This document shows positions 18,176 through 29,205 of a stretch of DNA of 32,000 bases, piece after piece; within the stretch, counting starts at the first letter, position 1; the number at the start of each line of letters is the position of its first letter. The translations under genes and the position numbers were made by a program. Source of the stretch: Alphaproteobacteria bacterium 40-19 (lineage in GTDB: Bacteria; Pseudomonadota; Alphaproteobacteria; Holosporales; Holosporaceae). Location of the stretch: positions 891,817-923,816 of the forward strand of contig MKSD01000001.1 in assembly GCA_001898075.1 (NCBI GenBank), written 5' to 3'. The notes beneath the pieces were generated by a model. The model was not told the DNA's origin, did no database searches, and was given only the letters and a program-made list of their open reading frames with translations.

Positions 18176-18538
18176 ATGAGCGCAGAAAAATTAATTTTTG
18201 ATAGGAGAAAGAGTCGCACTAGAAAGCGTATTGCTCAAGTCTCTGGAGGAAGGCCCCGTTTGAGCGTATTTCGTTCGGGGCGTTATATGTATGTTCAAGT
18301 CATTGATGACGTGAAGCATTGTACTTTGGTGAGTGCCTCTTCTATCGAGTCTGCTCGTAAGGAAGTGGTCGCCTCGGGATCTAATTGTGAAGCCGCCCGT
18401 TGGGTAGGCCGTCAGATTGCTCAAAGAGCCTTAGAAGCGGGGGTGAAAACCTTAGTTTTTGATCGAGGACCTTACCGGTATCACGGTCGCGTTAAGGCAT
18501 TGGCAGAAGGAGCTCGTGAGGGGGGCTTGGAATTTTAA
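18176..18538 (+). CDS. rplR: 50S ribosomal protein L18
   Basis: 120-aa ORF, RPRLSVFRSGRYMYVQVIDD...FDRGPYRYHGRVKALAEGAREGGLEF. Confidence 0.96.
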   Translation: MSAEKLIFDRRKSRTRKRIAQVSGGRPRLSVFRSGRYMYVQVIDDVKHCTLVSASSIESARKEVVASGSNCEAARWVGRQIAQRALEAGVKTLVFDRGPYRYHGRVKALAEGAREGGLEF

Positions 18539-18562
18539 CACTAAATTTTTAAAGGGAGGATT

Positions 18563-19090
18563 GTGGTGAAAGCAAAGCGCACGCAACAAAGAAGCGAAAA
18601 AGAATTACTCAGACGTAGTGTCTTGGTAAGAAGAGTTGCGAAAGTTGTAAAAGGTGGAAAAAGATTTAGATTTTCTGCTCTAGTTGTGGTCGGAGATGGG
18701 AAAGGCTCTGTGGGCTATGGTTCAGGTAAGGCTCATGAAGCTCCTGACGCTGTTCGGAAAGCGACAGATCAGGCTACTAAAGCCATGTTGAGGATTCCTT
18801 TGAAGGAAGGTCGTACTATTTATCACGACGTTACAGGATGCGCAGGGGCCGGAAGAGTGCATTTACGATCAGCCCAAAAGGGAACAGGTTTAATTGCAGG
18901 AGGCGCTATGCGATCTTTGTTCGAGGTTTTGGGAGTCCAAGATGTCGTGGCTAAGATTTTAGGGTCTACTAATCCTTACAATGTAATTTTAGCGACTTTA
19001 GAAGCGTTGAGATCTATAGAGACTCCTCGTTCTGTGGCTCACAAGCGGGGTAAAAAAGTTTCTGAGTTATTTGCAGGAGAGGCCGCATGA
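18563..19090 (+). CDS. rpsE: 30S ribosomal protein S5
   Basis: 175-aa ORF with GTG start after SD gggagga, RRVAKVVKGGKRFRFSALVVVGDGKGSVGYG. Confidence 0.95.
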   Translation: MVKAKRTQQRSEKELLRRSVLVRRVAKVVKGGKRFRFSALVVVGDGKGSVGYGSGKAHEAPDAVRKATDQATKAMLRIPLKEGRTIYHDVTGCAGAGRVHLRSAQKGTGLIAGGAMRSLFEVLGVQDVVAKILGSTNPYNVILATLEALRSIETPRSVAHKRGKKVSELFAGEAA

Positions 19091-19263
19091 AGAAGATTAT
19101 ATGTGTGCAGTATCGCAGCTCTATTCGGGTATGTTATAAGCAAATTTTGGTGTTAAAATCTTTAGGTTTAGGACGATTGGGAAAAAGAAAAGAATTACCT
19201 GATTGCCCAGAAGTGAGAGGTATGATTGCAAAAGTGTTGCATTTAGTGAGGGTTGAGTCATGA
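19087..19263 (+). CDS. rpmD: 50S ribosomal protein L30 (not in ORF track, 58 aa)
   Basis: Hand translation MKKIICVQYRSSIRVCYKQILVLKSLGLGRLGKRKELPDCPEVRGMIAKVLHLVRVES fits the L30 pattern (LGLxR...RGMIxKVxHLV). ATGA overlaps at both ends, with rpsE and with rplO. Confidence 0.88.
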   Translation: MKKIICVQYRSSIRVCYKQILVLKSLGLGRLGKRKELPDCPEVRGMIAKVLHLVRVES

Positions 19264-19733
19264 AGTTAAATGAAATTAGAGATAATTTGGGTGCGCGACG
19301 GCAAAAAAAGTGCCTAGGCCGTGGCATTGGATCTGGTAAAGGTAAAACCTGTGGTCGAGGTGGAAAAGGGCAAACGGCTCGTTCAGGTGTGGCTATTAAA
19401 GGCTTTGAAGGAGGTCAGATGCCTCTGGCCCGTCGTTTACCAAAGGTCGGATTTTCCAATCCTTTTAGGAAAGAGTATGTGCATATTAATTTAGATCGAT
19501 TGCAAGAGGCAGTAGAAAACAAGATCTTGGATCCTTCTGGAATTATTGGAGAAGATACTTTGAGAGCAGCGGGTTTTTTTAAGAAGAAGTTACCCGTACG
19601 CATTTTAGGAAGGGGAGATGTTTCTGTGGCACTACGTTTGTGTGTGTCTGGGGTCAGTCAGTCAGCAAAAGAGAAGATTGAAAGAGCTGCTGGTTCTGTC
19701 TCTTTGGTAGGTTTCGAGCAAGAGGAGAAATGA
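19260..19733 (+). CDS. rplO: 50S ribosomal protein L15
   Basis: 157-aa ORF, MKLNEIRDNLGARRQKK..GRGIGSGKGKTCGRGGKGQ. Confidence 0.96.
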   Translation: MKLNEIRDNLGARRQKKCLGRGIGSGKGKTCGRGGKGQTARSGVAIKGFEGGQMPLARRLPKVGFSNPFRKEYVHINLDRLQEAVENKILDPSGIIGEDTLRAAGFFKKKLPVRILGRGDVSVALRLCVSGVSQSAKEKIERAAGSVSLVGFEQEEK

Positions 19734-21059
19734 ATGGCATCCGTTTCTGAGCAGCTTCTTTCTAGTTTGAGTTGGGGGTCTTGGAAACAAGCTTCTGATC
19801 TCCATCGCCGTATTTTATTTACTCTTTGGATTTTTATTATTTATCGTCTAGGCACTTATATCCCTCTACCAGGGATTGATCCTGTAGCGATGAAAATTAT
19901 GGCTTCTGATTATACATCTCAAGGGGTACTAAAAATGTTCAATTTAGTATCCGGAGGTGCTTTAGAGCGAATGAGCATATTTGCGCTCAATTTAGGTCCC
20001 TATATTTCGTCTAGTATTATCGTCCAGTTGATGACAGCGCTATTTCCTTACTTTATAGCGCTGAAAAAAGAAGGAGAGGCTGGTAAAAGGAAATTAAACC
20101 AATATACACGTTATGGAACCATCGGATTATCTGTCTTTCAGGCAGCAGGGTTGGCTTCTTTGCTGTCCATGCGTTCCGGGTTAGTCTTAGATCCAGGATT
20201 TTTCTTTTATGTTAGTACAATAGTTACTATAGTAGGTTCTACCCTTTTTTTAATGTGGTTAGGAGAACAAATAACAGCGAGAGGCTTGGGAAACGGGTCT
20301 TCGATGTTGATTTATGCGGGTATCGTGTCCACTTTACCACGCTCTATTGTGCAAACATTAGAGTTAGGGCGTGCAGGCGGAAGTCAGTTTTTTGAAGCAT
20401 TTTTGGGGGTTGTAGCGGCAGGAGTTGTCATTATGTTTGTGGTCTTTATGGAGAAGGCTTACAGAAAAGTGATGATTCAGTACCCTAGACGACAAGTGGG
20501 ACGACAAGTTTTTAGTGCTGAAAAGACTTATATGCCTATTAAGATGAATAGTACAGGTATTTTGGCCCCTATTTTTGCTATGGCTTTGATGCAGATGTTT
20601 TTTACTTTAACGAATATCAATTTTATCCAAGCTATTCCTATTTTAGGACCTTCATTGCGTTTTCTCTTTGTAGAATCTTACACATTTTCCTTATTAACGC
20701 GGGTGATTTTGATTATTTTCTTCTCATTTTTTTATACTTCGGTGGTCTTTAATCCCGAAGAAACTGCAGAAAATCTTAGGAAGAGTGGAGCATTTATCGC
20801 GGGTTATCGTCCTGGTATTACAACAGCGAATTATTTTACGGCTCTTTTAAATCGCTTAACGGTTGTGGGCTCTTTGTACATTGCATTTGTGGTGGTATTT
20901 CCTGATGTGATGCGTATGGCAGGCTTCAATTTTCCTGCTACTGGAACAGCATTGCTGATTGTTGCTAGCGTCACGATTGAAGTGGTCTCTCAGGTTTATT
21001 CTTATGTTATTTCTCACCAATACGGTAATCTTTGGAAGAAGAGGTCAGGTCAGAAATGA
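19734..21059 (+). CDS. secY: preprotein translocase subunit SecY
   Basis: 441-aa polytopic ORF in the canonical position after rplO, with LGEQITARGLGNGSSMLI and YIPLPGIDP motifs. Confidence 0.96.
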   Translation: MASVSEQLLSSLSWGSWKQASDLHRRILFTLWIFIIYRLGTYIPLPGIDPVAMKIMASDYTSQGVLKMFNLVSGGALERMSIFALNLGPYISSSIIVQLMTALFPYFIALKKEGEAGKRKLNQYTRYGTIGLSVFQAAGLASLLSMRSGLVLDPGFFFYVSTIVTIVGSTLFLMWLGEQITARGLGNGSSMLIYAGIVSTLPRSIVQTLELGRAGGSQFFEAFLGVVAAGVVIMFVVFMEKAYRKVMIQYPRRQVGRQVFSAEKTYMPIKMNSTGILAPIFAMALMQMFFTLTNINFIQAIPILGPSLRFLFVESYTFSLLTRVILIIFFSFFYTSVVFNPEETAENLRKSGAFIAGYRPGITTANYFTALLNRLTVVGSLYIAFVVVFPDVMRMAGFNFPATGTALLIVASVTIEVVSQVYSYVISHQYGNLWKKRSGQK

Positions 21060-21703
21060 ACTTAGAGATAAAAGCTGTTGTTTTTTTAGGTCCTCCTGGG
21101 TCAGGTAAGGGAACGCAGAGCTCTTGGTTGGCTAGAGACATGAATTTTCACTTGGTGGGAATGGGAGAGTTGGTCCGAAGAGAGATCGCATCTGAAAGTT
21201 TTTTAGGGCAAAAGATTAAATCTGAAGTAGCTGCCGGAAGGTACCCAGAAAGCCAAGAAGTTATTGGTCTTTTGTCTCGCTTTCTTTATTCGGGATTACG
21301 GGATCAGAAGACAGTTTTATTAGACGGAGTTCCTCGTTACTTAGAACAAGTTTTTCATTTGAAAGAACAAGTGCCTTTTTTAGATATTGTAAAGGTTATA
21401 TTTTTGGATGTTCCGGAAGACTGTCTTTTAGAGCGTATTAAAAATCGTTGGCAATGTAATTCTTGTGGAAAGCCTGCTTTAAATCACGAACAAAGCTGTT
21501 CATTTTGCGGCCATGGAGAATATTCTAGACGTTCAGATGACAAACCAGATATTTTCTTAGAAAGATTGAAAGTTTATAAAAATTCTATAGAGCCTCTTTT
21601 AGATTTTTATGAAAGTAGAAATCTTTTGGTTCGTTTAGACGGTAGAGGTTCAGTACATCAATTGCAAGCACAAATTAAGTCGGAAATCTCTAAAATCCTG
21701 TAG
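21056..21703 (+). CDS. adk: adenylate kinase with four-Cys zinc lid
   Basis: MNLEIKAVVFLGPPGSGKGTQ starts at ATG 21056, with ATGA overlap onto secY. The lid reads CNSCGK...CSFCGH. The track start at 21032 overlaps secY. Confidence 0.93.
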   Translation: MNLEIKAVVFLGPPGSGKGTQSSWLARDMNFHLVGMGELVRREIASESFLGQKIKSEVAAGRYPESQEVIGLLSRFLYSGLRDQKTVLLDGVPRYLEQVFHLKEQVPFLDIVKVIFLDVPEDCLLERIKNRWQCNSCGKPALNHEQSCSFCGHGEYSRRSDDKPDIFLERLKVYKNSIEPLLDFYESRNLLVRLDGRGSVHQLQAQIKSEISKIL

Positions 21704-21907
21704 TTTTAACTAGGAGATCTTCGTTATTAAAAAGTCATTTTTAAAATATTTTTTGAGTTTCTTTGACCTTATAAAGATATATTAATTTTTGGAACTATAT
21801 TTAAAAAAATATTTTTAACATGACTGATTAAATAATTCTTATTTTGAAGCATCTATTTTTTGTGTGCTGATAGTCAGAGAAAAGAACTCTATGCAGAAGA
21901 TGAAAGT

Positions 21908-22507
21908 TTATTGTTTATCTTCGCCAATGATTTTTTTAAAACGAGCTGGCGTAGGAGGACTGCTTAGAAACTCTAGGATTTTATAGGAAACTGTAAAAGA
22001 GCTTTGAAAAGATGTATCTACTGTAAAATCATAAGAACTACAAATACCTTTATGGACTCGCTCTATTTGATCATTAGAAAGACCAATAGCCCGGTCACCT
22101 CTTAAAATTTCACGCTCTTGCATGATTTTAAGATCACAAAAAACTCCAATATAATATACAGTGTGATTGGCTAAACTTGCTGCGTAAGTTCTTAAAGAGG
22201 TATCATCCAATAAGACTTCATCAATAATTAGATTATTTCCCGCGTTTGCTAACGTTTCGGCAAATTTTGGAATCATACCGAATACTTTTCCAGAATTTTG
22301 CCTTGTTTGAACCTGTACAGTTGGGCCACGTTGATTCTGACCTAAAATAAATTTGAAATAGGCTTCCTGTTTTTAAAGGGGTAACAAATTAATAAAAGTA
22401 TCAACTCCAAAACTTACCCAAAGATCAGAACTTAAATGTTGGATACTTTTAGCAAGGGATGTTTTTCCTGCAGAACTGCAGCCATTTAGAAAAATAATTT
22501 GACTCAT
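21908..22507 (-). pseudogene. chloramphenicol-phosphotransferase-like (CPT family) P-loop kinase gene interrupted by one in-frame TAA at 22373-22375
   Basis: From ATG 22507 it reads MSQIIFLNGCSSAGKTSLAKSIQHLSSDLWVSFGVDTFINLLPL, then TAA, then KQEAYFKF...GMIPKFAETLANAGNNLIIDEVLLDD...RGDRAIG, all in one frame. P-loop, FGVD, IIDDV-like and RGDR motifs parallel Streptomyces CPT as I recall it. Confidence 0.7.
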
Positions 22508-23068
22508 TTGCTTTTAGAAGATGATTTTTTCTGTAAAAATAGAATTTAATTTTTTATATCTCTTCAAAATTATACCTAAAAAATAGCGTATCAGAAACTT
22601 ACTTTGGCATTGTATTCTTTGTTCTATGGATTTGTAAGTTTTTTAGATCATATAGTGTAAGGTTTATTTCTGTAAAAAATGTTTCACTGGTATTTTTTTC
22701 CTAGAAAGTATTGTTGTTTTCTATTTTTGAAAAACTTTAGATCATTTTCCGTAATTGGCACATTGGTAATTTATTTTTGATTCCTAAAAACAGTTTAAAG
22801 ATTATTTTTGAAATCAGGATAATTTGGGGGGTGCAGTACCATTTTTTAAGTTTTTGACAGAGGTAAAAAAACTAAGAAAGCGGCTTGTTTTTGAATAAAA
22901 GTAGAGATCTTGTTTTTCTTGTGCAAGAGTTTTTACCTTAAATATTTTTTTACTTCTTTAAAAAGCACTGTTACCCAAAAATTGTAAAGATTTGATTTTT
23001 TATAAATATAAAAAAACATCAAGGTAGTCCCAAATTATGACCTTGAAACTATTGATTGGCTTTAACAT

Positions 23069-23095
23069 AAAAAAACCCCGAAAGATTTTTCGGGG
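23069..23095 (-). terminator. rho-independent terminator of groEL
   Basis: 8-bp stem ccccgaaa/tttcgggg (23076-23083 pairs with 23088-23095) with a 4-nt loop. On the minus strand it is followed by a 7-U tract (plus-strand A-run 23069-23075). It sits 33 nt downstream of the groEL stop. Confidence 0.85.
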
Positions 23096-23127
23096 TCTTG
23101 ATAGCTGTAAAGTGAAGCTAAACTGAA

Positions 23128-25094
<1,967 letters not shown>

Positions 25095-25113
25095 TGTTTT
25101 CCTCCTTGATAAA

Positions 25114-25140
25114 TTATCACTCTAGCACTTTGAGTGCTAA
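25114..25140 (-). promoter_or_regulatory. CIRCE operator (HrcA binding site) in the groES 5' leader
   Basis: ttatcactc-N9-gagtgctaa against the consensus TTAGCACTC-N9-GAGTGCTAA, with one mismatch. It lies 20-46 nt upstream of the groES start. Confidence 0.85.
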
Positions 25141-25148
25141 CTGATAAA

Positions 25149-25177
25149 AATTTAGCATAAAATTAAGTGCTGCGCAA
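25149..25177 (-). promoter_or_regulatory. candidate sigma-70-type promoter of groESL
   Basis: Minus strand reads TTGCGC (25177-25172), a 17-nt spacer, then TAAATT (25154-25149), ending 8 nt upstream of CIRCE. Matches to consensus are only moderate. Confidence 0.3.
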
Positions 25178-25221
25178 TAGACGGCGTATAAAAAGCAGAA
25201 AGCCTAAAACGCCAAAAGGCA

Positions 25222-25491
25222 CTAGCGCGTGACGGTAATGCCTTTGAGACGGGACTGTAAACCAGTTTTCAAGCATAAAGAAGATTTAGGAACTTTTAAA
25301 AAGTCTGAGACCAGTTCTAAAACAGCTTCGTTCGCTTTACCGTGTTCGGGGGGTTGGCGTACAGACAGTTTTAATAGGACTTCTTCTTTTCTCTTGACCC
25401 AGCCATAAATATGGTCTTTTTTGGCTCCGGGACTGACCCATACTTTGATAAAATTTAAGTTTTCTTGAGGAGAAAACAGCGACGTTTCCAT
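25222..25491 (-). CDS. yggU: DUF167 (YggU) family protein
   Basis: 89-aa ORF. VWVSPGAKKDHIYG...LKLSVRQPPEHGKANEAV...SRLKGITV follows the YggU pattern (PxAxxxxI, PPxxGxAN, SRxK). Confidence 0.75.
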   Translation of the reverse strand: METSLFSPQENLNFIKVWVSPGAKKDHIYGWVKRKEEVLLKLSVRQPPEHGKANEAVLELVSDFLKVPKSSLCLKTGLQSRLKGITVTR

Positions 25492-25492
25492 C

Positions 25493-26248
25493 TTAATTTC
25501 CTTTAGGACAAACTACAGCCGAGCAAAAACCAATATGAGAGGCTTTTTCAGGATCATACTTCAAAGCCCAACGACGACTATAATAGACGTCTCCAAAAGT
25601 ATCTTGTTGGCTGTCCCAAACTTGGATTTTTTGATCTTGAAGAACTTTTTTGATATACCCTGGCAGATCAAAAAAAATCTCTGTATCTTTCATCAGAAAG
25701 AAGGCCTTATTAGAAAGATCTTGGTTTAAAAAAATTTCATAAACATCCTGTCCCACGGGATAATGAACAGGACGAATAGTGGGACCAATGAGGGCCTGCA
25801 TCTCTGTTACGCCCTTGTTTTGAAGGCATCTAACCATTTCTTGTAAAATTCCTGCCAAAGCGCCTTTCCACCCCGCATGACAAATACCAACCCAATTTTC
25901 CTTGGGTGCCCAAAAAATGACCGGAGCGCAGTCTGCAGTTTGCACTCCTAAAACCACTCCAGAAATGTTGGTGATTAAGCCGTCACAAGGCTCTGTTAAG
26001 TCCTGATCTGGAGCTTGAATCTCTTGTACGGCGGTGCCATGGACTTGGAAAGGAAAGAAAAAGGCGCACTCTGGCCCCGCCATCGATTGGGCGATTTGAC
26101 GGCGGTTTTCTAAAGCCTTAGGAAAGGCTTTATTGATATTCCAATCTTCGCCCTGAAAAGACTTTTTGGCAAAAAAACCATGCCTTAATTGGGGCGTCCA
26201 TTCAGGGTATTGATAAGCGACCCTAGGAAAAGGCAGCGAAAGAGACAT
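25493..26248 (-). CDS. pgeF: peptidoglycan editing factor PgeF (YfiH / DUF152 laccase-domain protein)
   Basis: 251-aa ORF, QVHGTAV...CDGLIT...QTADCAPV...CHAGWKG. Confidence 0.85.
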   Translation of the reverse strand: MSLSLPFPRVAYQYPEWTPQLRHGFFAKKSFQGEDWNINKAFPKALENRRQIAQSMAGPECAFFFPFQVHGTAVQEIQAPDQDLTEPCDGLITNISGVVLGVQTADCAPVIFWAPKENWVGICHAGWKGALAGILQEMVRCLQNKGVTEMQALIGPTIRPVHYPVGQDVYEIFLNQDLSNKAFFLMKDTEIFFDLPGYIKKVLQDQKIQVWDSQQDTFGDVYYSRRWALKYDPEKASHIGFCSAVVCPKGN

Positions 26249-26598
26249 TATTGATCAGAATGTTGTGTTAAATGTCCCTGAATCCAAGCTTGTAAATCTG
26301 GTAAAGGACAAAAACCTAACTTATTGTCGATCACTTCTCCCTTTGAAAATAAGTATAAAGACGGTAAAGACATAATCCCGTATTCGCTAGCACGATGAGT
26401 ATTTTCATCTACGTCTACCTTGCAAACCGACAAAGAAGGCGCTAGGGTCTGGGCGAGTTCTTCCAGAACTGGGGCTAACCTTCTGCAAGGGCCACACCAG
26501 GGCGCCCAAAAATCTACTAAAACCAATTGACGTTGGCTGGCTTCCAAGACATCTTTTGAAAAAGTCTCGTCTGTTGTGATGATGGATAGTGATGACAT
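26248..26598 (-). CDS. trxA: thioredoxin
   Basis: 116-aa ORF with the active site WAPWCGPCR. Confidence 0.93.
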   Translation of the reverse strand: MSSLSIITTDETFSKDVLEASQRQLVLVDFWAPWCGPCRRLAPVLEELAQTLAPSLSVCKVDVDENTHRASEYGIMSLPSLYLFSKGEVIDNKLGFCPLPDLQAWIQGHLTQHSDQ

Positions 26599-27024
26599 GA
26601 GAATGAACTCTTTTTAAGTACTATTGATATTGTCCTGGAAATGCGCTGTTGTGTAAAGCGTTTAAGAAAGAGCTTTTTTGGTTCTTAAGAAAAAAAGAGA
26701 AAATTTGGCTTTTTTATGATGTTAGCATAGGCAATAAGATGTTTTTCAAAAATTATTTATGAATATAAATTAATTTTTAGAAGACAAAGATGAAGAGGGT
26801 GATTCAGCATAAGAGGTATGACAATAGGTGCAGAGGAAAAAAGAGCGTCGTTACATCAAAAAAAGTGTCAATGAAGAAAAAGTATCTAAAACCATTGATC
26901 ATGTCAATTTTATGATTAAATACTGAATGATATCACTATTAATCGCTTTTTTGATTAGGGTGTAACAATTAAAAACATTTTTGTCTGCAAGGCTTATGAT
27001 CTGCTTTGAATAAAAAGAAGGGTT

Positions 27025-27540
27025 TTATGCAGCAGTGTCGACTGTTTTCATATCCATCTTTTCAACCAAATGAGGAGGTCTATCAGATCTGATCTGGCCT
27101 GCCAATTTGTCTAATACTCCGTTGATAAAACCGTACCCCTTTTCTGACAGCAAGCATTTGGAAATGGTGATATACTCATCCAAAATCACGTTAACAGGTG
27201 TTTTAGGTGAAAACAAAAGCTCCCAAATGCCACACAAAAGAATAGCGCGGGTGACCAGCTCTAATCCCAAAACAGTACGTTGTGAGCTCAGAGCGGTTTG
27301 TAAATACTCATTAATAACCTCTTGTTTTTCAAGAGTTCCTTGCAGCAGAGTTATCAGGTGAGTTCTGTCCGCTTTATGTAGGGATCCATCATCAAAAAGA
27401 TCACACTGATCTTGGGAGTCCAAGCGAAAGTCTAAAAAAGATTCTATGGTAAAATTTTTACAAGAAAAAGCTTGAAAAACCCCTTGAACACTGATGAAGC
27501 GCGATACAGAGCGCGGAAACAGTTGGCAGTTTTGATCCAT
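27025..27540 (-). CDS. nusB: transcription antitermination factor NusB
   Basis: 171-aa ORF with a NusB-like C-terminal region (VILDEYITISKCLLSEKGYGFINGVLDKLAGQIR). TAATG overlap with the upstream htrA. Confidence 0.75.
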   Translation of the reverse strand: MDQNCQLFPRSVSRFISVQGVFQAFSCKNFTIESFLDFRLDSQDQCDLFDDGSLHKADRTHLITLLQGTLEKQEVINEYLQTALSSQRTVLGLELVTRAILLCGIWELLFSPKTPVNVILDEYITISKCLLSEKGYGFINGVLDKLAGQIRSDRPPHLVEKMDMKTVDTAA

Positions 27541-29120
27541 TATTTCAACGAAAGAGCCAAATGTCTCTTTTCCCCCGACCTTACAATAACCAATAAAAGA
27601 TTGCTTTTACCTGTTTTTTTTGCTTCTCGAATAATACTTAAGGCTTGTTCTAGGCTGGTGATGCTGTAAGAACCAATTTCTACAATGATATCTCCTGGAC
27701 GTAGTTTGTCACTGGCAGGTCCTTCCTCATCCACTTCGGTTACAACCACAGTGCCTTTTTCGTTGGCTTCTACTGTAAATCCTAGTTCATGGCATGTGCC
27801 TGGTTTGGATTCAGCAATTAAAGCGTCTGGGTTTAATTCTTCAACTTTCACAGTGACGTTGAGCATTTTTTGTCCCTGACTGCGCCATAACCGCATACGT
27901 ATGGACGATCCTGCCTTCATGCGGCTGATGGCTCGGCGGGCATCATAGGCACTCATCATTTTACGATCGTTAATTTCAAGAATTACGTCTCCTGATTTAA
28001 TACCTGCTTCTTCGGCAGGCTTACCGGGCATAACTGAACCCACCATAACGCCTTGAGTCTTTTCCATATTTAACGCAGCAGCCATGGCGTCGTCTACGGG
28101 CTCACCCAAAATAACGCCTATCACCCCTCGTTTAACGTATCCTCCGTTTTTGATCAGTTCTTCACAGACGTACTGAGCCGTTTCACAAGGAATCCCAAAA
28201 GTAATTCCAAGGCTACCACCTCCGATAGACAAAATAGCTGTGCTGACAGCAACGACTCGGCCATCTCGATCCAATAAAGGCCCCCCAGAGTTTCCGGGAT
28301 TGACTGCGACATCTGTTTGCAACCATTGTCCAACTTGGGACGCCTCTCCTGGTTCGGAAGGCATATTACGATCTTTTCTGGAAATAATCCCAAAACTAAC
28401 GGTTCCACCTAAGCCAAACGGATTTCCGATAGCCAAAACAGGATCTGCCAGCCTCACCTTAGAGTAATCGCCCCACTCTAAAACTGGCAGCGGTTCAGAA
28501 GAAGAAACCTCTAACAGAGCCAAATCGCATAAAGGATCTGTCCCAAAGATACTGGCTGTAAACTCTTTACCCCCATCTGTTTTTATTGTGACCTTTCCTC
28601 CTTTTGAAGTAGGAGTCTTTCTACGTTGATCTCCTTTGCTTTCAAGTGTAGGTGCGTAAAAACGATCATAATTTTCTACAATATGTGCAATAACATGGTA
28701 GTTGGTGACAATCAGAATACGGTATTGATTTTTCCCAGACTCTTTGCAGTGGATGACAAAGCCTGATCCCAAGGAAGTAACCTTCCTGGGTTGTAATTTT
28801 TCTGCAAAATAGCGCTTCAAGAGCTCACCTAACGGTCCTTCAGGAAGCGGTCCTAATTCGTGCTCTTGACCCTTGTGTTTAGGGGGCAGAGAAGCTGCCG
28901 AAATATTAACCACACTTAAAACACACGTTTCCGCTGTTTTAGAAAGATAGTGAGGATCAATCTGTGCTGAGGACTTGGCAAAAGACTCTTTATCAGAAGA
29001 TTTTTCCACTAAAGGGGGCTTTTTTTCTGTTTGCACATCAGCACTGATATCAGTGGCTAAGGCTGCCAGCATCATCAAGAAAAGAGTATTCTTTTTCTTC
29101 ATCAAAGTCACATTTTGCAT
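27540..29120 (-). CDS. htrA: periplasmic serine endoprotease, DegP/HtrA (Do) family, two PDZ domains
   Basis: 526-aa ORF with a signal peptide and a catalytic triad context (TNYHVI, CDLALL, GNSGGPL), followed by two PDZ-like regions. An alternative start is ATG 29102. Confidence 0.9.
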   Translation of the reverse strand: MQNVTLMKKKNTLFLMMLAALATDISADVQTEKKPPLVEKSSDKESFAKSSAQIDPHYLSKTAETCVLSVVNISAASLPPKHKGQEHELGPLPEGPLGELLKRYFAEKLQPRKVTSLGSGFVIHCKESGKNQYRILIVTNYHVIAHIVENYDRFYAPTLESKGDQRRKTPTSKGGKVTIKTDGGKEFTASIFGTDPLCDLALLEVSSSEPLPVLEWGDYSKVRLADPVLAIGNPFGLGGTVSFGIISRKDRNMPSEPGEASQVGQWLQTDVAVNPGNSGGPLLDRDGRVVAVSTAILSIGGGSLGITFGIPCETAQYVCEELIKNGGYVKRGVIGVILGEPVDDAMAAALNMEKTQGVMVGSVMPGKPAEEAGIKSGDVILEINDRKMMSAYDARRAISRMKAGSSIRMRLWRSQGQKMLNVTVKVEELNPDALIAESKPGTCHELGFTVEANEKGTVVVTEVDEEGPASDKLRPGDIIVEIGSYSITSLEQALSIIREAKKTGKSNLLLVIVRSGEKRHLALSLK

Positions 29121-29205
29121 TTTTCTTTAAGGTACTACAGAAAATGTGTTTCGTCAACGAAGTAGAAATGCCTTTTTAAAGATCATTTTTCTATTAAAAA
29201 TATTT

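Noticed and set aside
25152-25174. Second CIRCE-like sequence ttagcataa...agtgctgcg upstream of the real CIRCE.
   Set aside because: The half-sites are degenerate and the spacing is 5 nt rather than 9. It also overlaps the candidate promoter. It is probably not an operator.
26790-26915. 41-aa highly basic + strand ORF (MKRVIQHKRYDNRCRGKKSVVTSKKVSMKKKYLKPLIMSIL) in the trxA-nusB spacer.
   Set aside because: It has no SD and no terminator. The Lys-rich composition is expected from A-rich DNA, and I recognise no family.
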